In this document: positions 58,473 through 64,000 of the stretch, in pieces
Numbering within the stretch: position 1 is the first letter of the stretch
Layout of the letters: the number at the start of each line of letters is the position of its first letter
Source: the human T2T-CHM13v2.0 reference genome, Homo sapiens
Length of the DNA stretch: 64,000 bases
Assembly (NCBI RefSeq): GCF_009914755.1
Contig: NC_060934.1
Strand: one strand, 5' to 3'
Notes under the pieces: model-generated
What the model was told of the DNA's origin: nothing
Database searches by the model: none
Seen by the model: the letters and a program-made list of their open reading frames with translations, nothing else
Position numbers and translations under genes: made by a program

Positions 58473-60089
58473 TGGAAATCTTGATTTTTATTCTACCAAA
58501 AGAATTCCCTGCTCTAAATATTTACCAGATAACATAAGCCCAGCTCATTCATGAACATCAACTAACATCTGATCTGAAAATAAGACTGTTCATTTTTAAT
58601 ATAACTTTTTCCTTAACTGCAAGCTCATCTTCAGACTTCTCTGTGTCATGTAACTATTCGGTGCCTTAAAATCAACAAGGCAGATGGTCAGTGATCCCAA
58701 ACAAAAGAAGTATCTATACATCCGTGAGTTTTCAAGGTGGAGTCCTTATTTGCTTCTAGTCACCCTTCCCAAATAGTGGGGAGAGATTAAATATGTGAAT
58801 CAACTTTCCTCTATGTCATAAGACACTCTGGACACAGTGTTATTTGGCCAATTGCGCCTATAGTTCCATTTAAAAGAGTCATTTATCAACGTAAAACGTT
58901 ATAGTACCTTTTGAATAGTTTTGTGATCCTTTTCTGCCATCTCTTTCATACTTATAAGTTCATCTTCTGTAAACAAAAGGAGAGAGAGGCCAACCATGAA
59001 ATTACATGCTTATGCCCCTGTATTTAAACGGCCTGCTTCAGGGCAGGCTGTGGGGCACTAGCAGGCATAGTGGACACAAGGCCTAGCAGGACTGTGACCT
59101 TCACAACTGCCCTTGACATTCGCAGCCTTCTTCCTGCTGTTCAGATGGCCGGTCAGATAGGGATTAAGAAGTAAGTTCAAGATCCAAGTGTGGCTGAGGG
59201 CTGAAAGCTTTTCATCAATACTAGCGACGGACATTTTTGCTGTTGGTCACAGCCAATACAAAGAGCTTTAGCAGGTGGCAGTTTATGACTTAATAAGAAC
59301 GACCCAAAACTAAAAAGCCTTGCTATGCCACAGCAGAAGAGAATGAGACTATACTGGCATGGTAGAATTTTACATCCAAGGGATAATATTAATATAATAT
59401 ATCTCATTTTACTGATATTTTGCTATAATTCATTGTATTGCCTGCTCATTGCTTTGAATACTGCAGATTAAGGACAACATCATGTAATTAACATAATCAC
59501 TCGGATCACAGTTAAATGAAAAAATACGTTAGAGCAATCTCACCTTGGTGATTATTTTTTTCTCTTTTCCACATGTTCTAACAACTTCGGTGATTTAAAC
59601 ACAACTTTCACCAATGTTTGTGGTATGAAAGAAAAGAGGTATTAAGTATACAAATGAAATTGTGTATTTAAGCTTTGCATCAAAAATTGAAGTAACTAGT
59701 AAGTACTAGCATATTTTCCTGAAGGGCTAACTCTGTTTTCCCTACAAAGCATATCCCTATATGTATTCTTAAGTTTTTAAATGTTATCAAGTTTAGATAA
59801 TCAGTTAAGCATCTGAAACAAATCAGCAAAAGTTTCTATCTGGCTATAATATTTCTAAGTGAAATGGAGCATTGATTAGCAAATTTTTGCAAAGGCCAAT
59901 GTCTGTCTTGAAACAACACCCTGAATTAACGTGACATGGCTCAGGGGTACAACTACAAACACATCCTCTGTCCCAAGCAAGAAGTGCTATCTTTAATAAA
60001 AAGCAAAGATGGCTATGAAATTCATCTTTCAAATGTAAATAACCAAACGAATGTATGTTTGGAAAAGACAAACATAGTTATGAGCTTTA

Positions 60090-60287
<198 letters not shown>

Positions 60288-61726
60288 CTAAAAGATGGAG
60301 AATGCCATATTCCTAAGCAGGGAGCCAAGGATTTAAATATGCAAGACAAGGACAATACAGATACAGAAAAGCTATCATATAATTTTCTGAATTCTATTAC
60401 ACACTTATAAGAATAGTAAAAAGGAAGGAGCCTAAATAGAGCTTGCTGGAAGAAAGGCTCCAGTACATTCTGTACAAAGACCTCAACACATGGGGACATT
60501 TTATTGACAGGAATAATGCATATCATACTGTTTGTGTGCCCTCATCATTCAGGTCAATTCATTATGGAGGCTGTGTCCGGGGAGGCAGCTGGGGCCCCTC
60601 CACCCACACTTCCCTCTGTGTGTGTCTGAAGTGCTGTCCGCCTGTAACTAGGCAGGCTGGGGGGACCAGGACGGGCAGCGCCAGGGGGTGGCAGAGTGCA
60701 TGGCTAAGGAGGGGGGCTTGTTGCCTTTGTGGCATTTCCCAGTGTCAGTGCTGCCAGTGTCATGAGGAGCACATCACATGTCAAAGTGGTGACGTTTTCA
60801 GGCTGGGAGCCGCATGGAGTCCATCAGGCACACGGATATCCACACAGTTGGTTTTCTGCTTGGTGGAGGAGCCACCCAGAGGCAATTCATATTCTGAACA
60901 TTAACATGGCTTTGCATGCTTGTCACACGGGGTCTGTGCAGGCGTTTAATGCTATTGAAGACTTTGGTTTAAATCTCTATGCAAACAGTGATTACCTTGT
61001 AAGAAGGTTTCAGGATAACTTACAACAAAAGACTTTAAAGTTATAGTTTTAGTAAAGCAAACTCATTTACATTTTTATTATGTGCGTCTTTTGTTTAAAT
61101 CTTGCCATGTCCATTATGGGAGAGCTTTTTCTTACGCAATAGACGCGCTTATTGGGACAGCTACTCTTTTTTTTTTTTTTTTTTTTGCCTTCTTCTTCTT
61201 GTCTGTTTCAAAGCTATTGAAAACATCTGAATATCCTCCCTTATGGCTGTCTAGATTTTATTGCCATGCATTAAAAAAAAAAAAATTAAGCTCTAATGGA
61301 TTGGGGAAGCTGGTGCAGAACTTTATACTTTATTGTGGTATGATATTAAACAGATTATGCAATCTCAAAATATTATTATGCCAAAGGAGATAGAAGATTC
61401 TACATGCCTTGTTCAAAATTACTATAGACATTAAAAATACTTTTGATCTTAAGGTCATCACAGGTGAATTATAACTTATTCTTTTTACAGTAATTCCATG
61501 ATGGCAATAACTAAAAATAAAATCTTCCCTCAAAAACAAAATAATTTCTCTCGACTGATTTCCCTTTGGAACTACACTTTCATTTAAGGTTAAGGATATG
61601 TGGAAGTAAACTATTAAAATATTTTCCCCTGTAACAGTTTTAAAGAAAAAGAAGTGATTTAAATTTTTTGTAGTACATTAATAAGTCCTTTAAAACAAGT
61701 GACTTACTAATGAAATTACGTATGGT

Positions 61727-61752
61727 ATATATATGTGTGTGTGTGTGTGTGT
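61727..61752. repeat. (TA)n(TG)n microsatellite
   Basis: Direct inspection; a second (TG)n lies at about 62007-62024. Confidence 0.95.
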
Positions 61753-62846
61753 AAGAGTTAGTAATATTTAAAATATGTTCTTAAATTTTGCACTAAGCTC
61801 AATTACAAATCTTCATGACTTTGATTCACCATTTCACTTAAATTATTTGAGCCCAATTCATCTTAACTAATGAGAACTAACAAACCTAGTAAGTAGTTAA
61901 TAAACAACACTGTTTTCTTAATAAACGAAGAATCCGTCATTAATTTCTTGTCCCACATTGTTCAATTTGAGACCATCACAGAATGCATTTATAGACTAAA
62001 AGGTTTTGTGTGTGTGTGTGTGTGGAAAGAAATAAACAAACAATACTGGCCTTAATAGGCTTAAGCATACTTTTCCTAACAGTGGCAGAATATGAACATC
62101 CACAGAGGATTACATGAGCACCCGATTCTCATAAACTAAAGAAGAACTATTTGAATTCATCAGATGAAGTGTAAAATTTACAAATGGTAGCAGCTAATAC
62201 CTAACTACGGGTTCTAAGAATCTCTTTGTATGAAAGCAGGACGCAAGGAAAACACATTAAATACGGGGGTTTGTCCTCCACATATCAAACCACAACCCCT
62301 GTTCTTCCAAGGTTAACCCTTAGCTCTGTCCCCACCATCTGTCAGCTGTGGGAACTGCAAGTAATTAACTATTCAGACGCCCACAGCAATGAGGACACTC
62401 ATTAGCAAAATGAACAAAGGGATCGTTCTGAGCTGCTACGGTGCTCTGTTACACTCTGAGTGGCAGGTTTTGTGGTGGTGTTCCTTCTGCCATCTGCCCA
62501 CACTGCTAGTTTGTGTTTGCTTAAACCAGGAGACTTTTAAAAAATAAACTGCCTTAATAAAATGAGGTTAAGAAGGATGGAGATCATTAAAGGCAGTTAA
62601 CTGGATGTAGCCGTTTAAACCACACTATAAGAGAGACTGTGTGCAATCCATGATCATTCTGGAATTTCAAAATTGTAAAGAAACTTACCAATCTCAAGTT
62701 TTTCTTTCATATTATAAAAACTAGGGCTTCAGGTGGTGGCATATGTGCTATATCTTTTGTGAATATTCACAAGATGCATAGAATTACAAACTGAATCCCA
62801 AATTGAATCTCGAAAGAATCATTTTTGAAAACAGGTGTACTTGGGA

Positions 62847-63010
62847 GCTTTGCTCCTCAAATGCGGTCCATGGACCAGGAGCCTCAGCATCACCTGGGAA
62901 CTGATTAGAAATGCAGCCCCTCAGGCCCAACCCAGAGCTACTGTGTCAGAGTCTGCATCTAACGAGATCTGCAGGTGATGCATGTGAGCAGTAAAGTCTG
63001 AGAAGTCCTG
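62847..63010. mobile_element. MER5A hAT MITE
   Basis: cagcatcacctgggaactgattagaaatgcag...tcagagtctgcat...aaagtctgagaagtcctg. Confidence 0.88.
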
Positions 63011-63375
63011 CTTCAGAGCACTTTCTGTGCCTTCTCAGCAGTTTCCCCTCCACAGGCTCCATTGAATTGGACATCTCAATTTTCTGGGGAGGAGCAGAGT
63101 TCTGATGCAAGCCCATGCCTCATGACAGTCACAGAGAAGAGCAGGTGCTTTCCCAATGAGTGACAACCAGGAAAGTGGCACTCTGGGCAGTGCAACCCTG
63201 CAGAGCTGCCACTCTTGAATGACAGCTCTGTTTCAGAGCTGTCAGCAACAAGCAGATATGCTCGCAATGGAAGGTAGGTGGGTGATGGTTGCAGGGCTCA
63301 TCAGTGTTGGGATAAGAAAAATAAAAAGTCTATTCAAAATGCCAGCTCCAATTGAAATTAAAACACATGCACAGG

Positions 63376-63427
63376 CACACACACACACACACAGAAACAC
63401 ACACACACACAGAAACACACACACACA
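63376..63427. repeat. Compound (CA)n with GAAA interruptions
   Basis: Direct inspection. Confidence 0.95.
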
Positions 63428-63842
63428 ATTACAGAGACATAAAGGCTAACCTCCTTTATAAATTCTCAAGAGGATTAGCCAACGGACAGCATGGAAACCT
63501 GATGGCTACAATGGTATGCAGCTGAGTCACATTGATTTCCCACCGAATAAAACCTGAACATTTCATCCCTTGAATGAAGTTGCTCTTGGGAAAATTCGAC
63601 ATTCAGGATGTTCCCATCTGGAGATGAGAAATTACAACTACTTATTAATTATAAAGCTATTGAAGTAATTTGATAATCAGTAAGAGTAAACTAGATAACT
63701 GTAGATAAACTAAATAAAACTTGTTTATTTCACTTTTTTTTTCAACTTACTTCCACTGCTACTTTGAAATTTTTAATTGTTTTTCCAAATCCCGTGTTCC
63801 CAATCTAATTTGAGACTTGGTGTCCCAGGGGTTTTTAAAATA

Positions 63843-63858
63843 CCACTAGAGGGGGCAG
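63843..63858 (+). promoter_or_regulatory. Candidate CTCF site
   Basis: CCACTAGAGGGGGCAG versus consensus CCASYAGRKGGCRS: one mismatch (C12 to G). Confidence 0.5.
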
Positions 63859-64000
63859 TTGAATCAGATGAAATTTCAAATAAAAAAGATCATCTAGAAC
63901 TTAAGGTTTTAGGAAAGTTTGTTCTTAGAGAATGTAGGAAAAAAGTGTGTTTCATTTTATTTGATATAAGCTATGACCTGCCTTTGTGGCATTCATGTCT

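Noticed and set aside
60443-61046. Cys-rich 153-aa and 105-aa ORFs
   Set aside because: Non-ATG starts, no known fold or metal-binding spacing, no convincing exon structure

Overview
Primate (human-like) intergenic or intronic DNA dominated by interspersed repeats: about 25 Alu/FLAM elements, many L1 fragments, MaLR and HERV-K solo LTRs (THE1A, MSTA, MLT1, MER11), and DNA transposon fossils (Tigger3, Charlie, MER81, MER5A). I find no intact protein-coding gene. The one gene-derived feature is a disabled processed pseudogene of TMEM230 (about 27068-28515, + strand) inserted into an old L1. Repeat-poor blocks (about 17-21 kb, 29.5-35.9 kb, 49.2-51.4 kb, 58.5-64 kb) hold candidate regulatory motifs and a few candidate + strand non-coding exons. 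Repeat subfamily calls come from recalled consensus sequences and need RepeatMasker/Dfam confirmation. I found no convincing novel biological system; the best leads are mutational fossils and possible lncRNA or enhancer signals.
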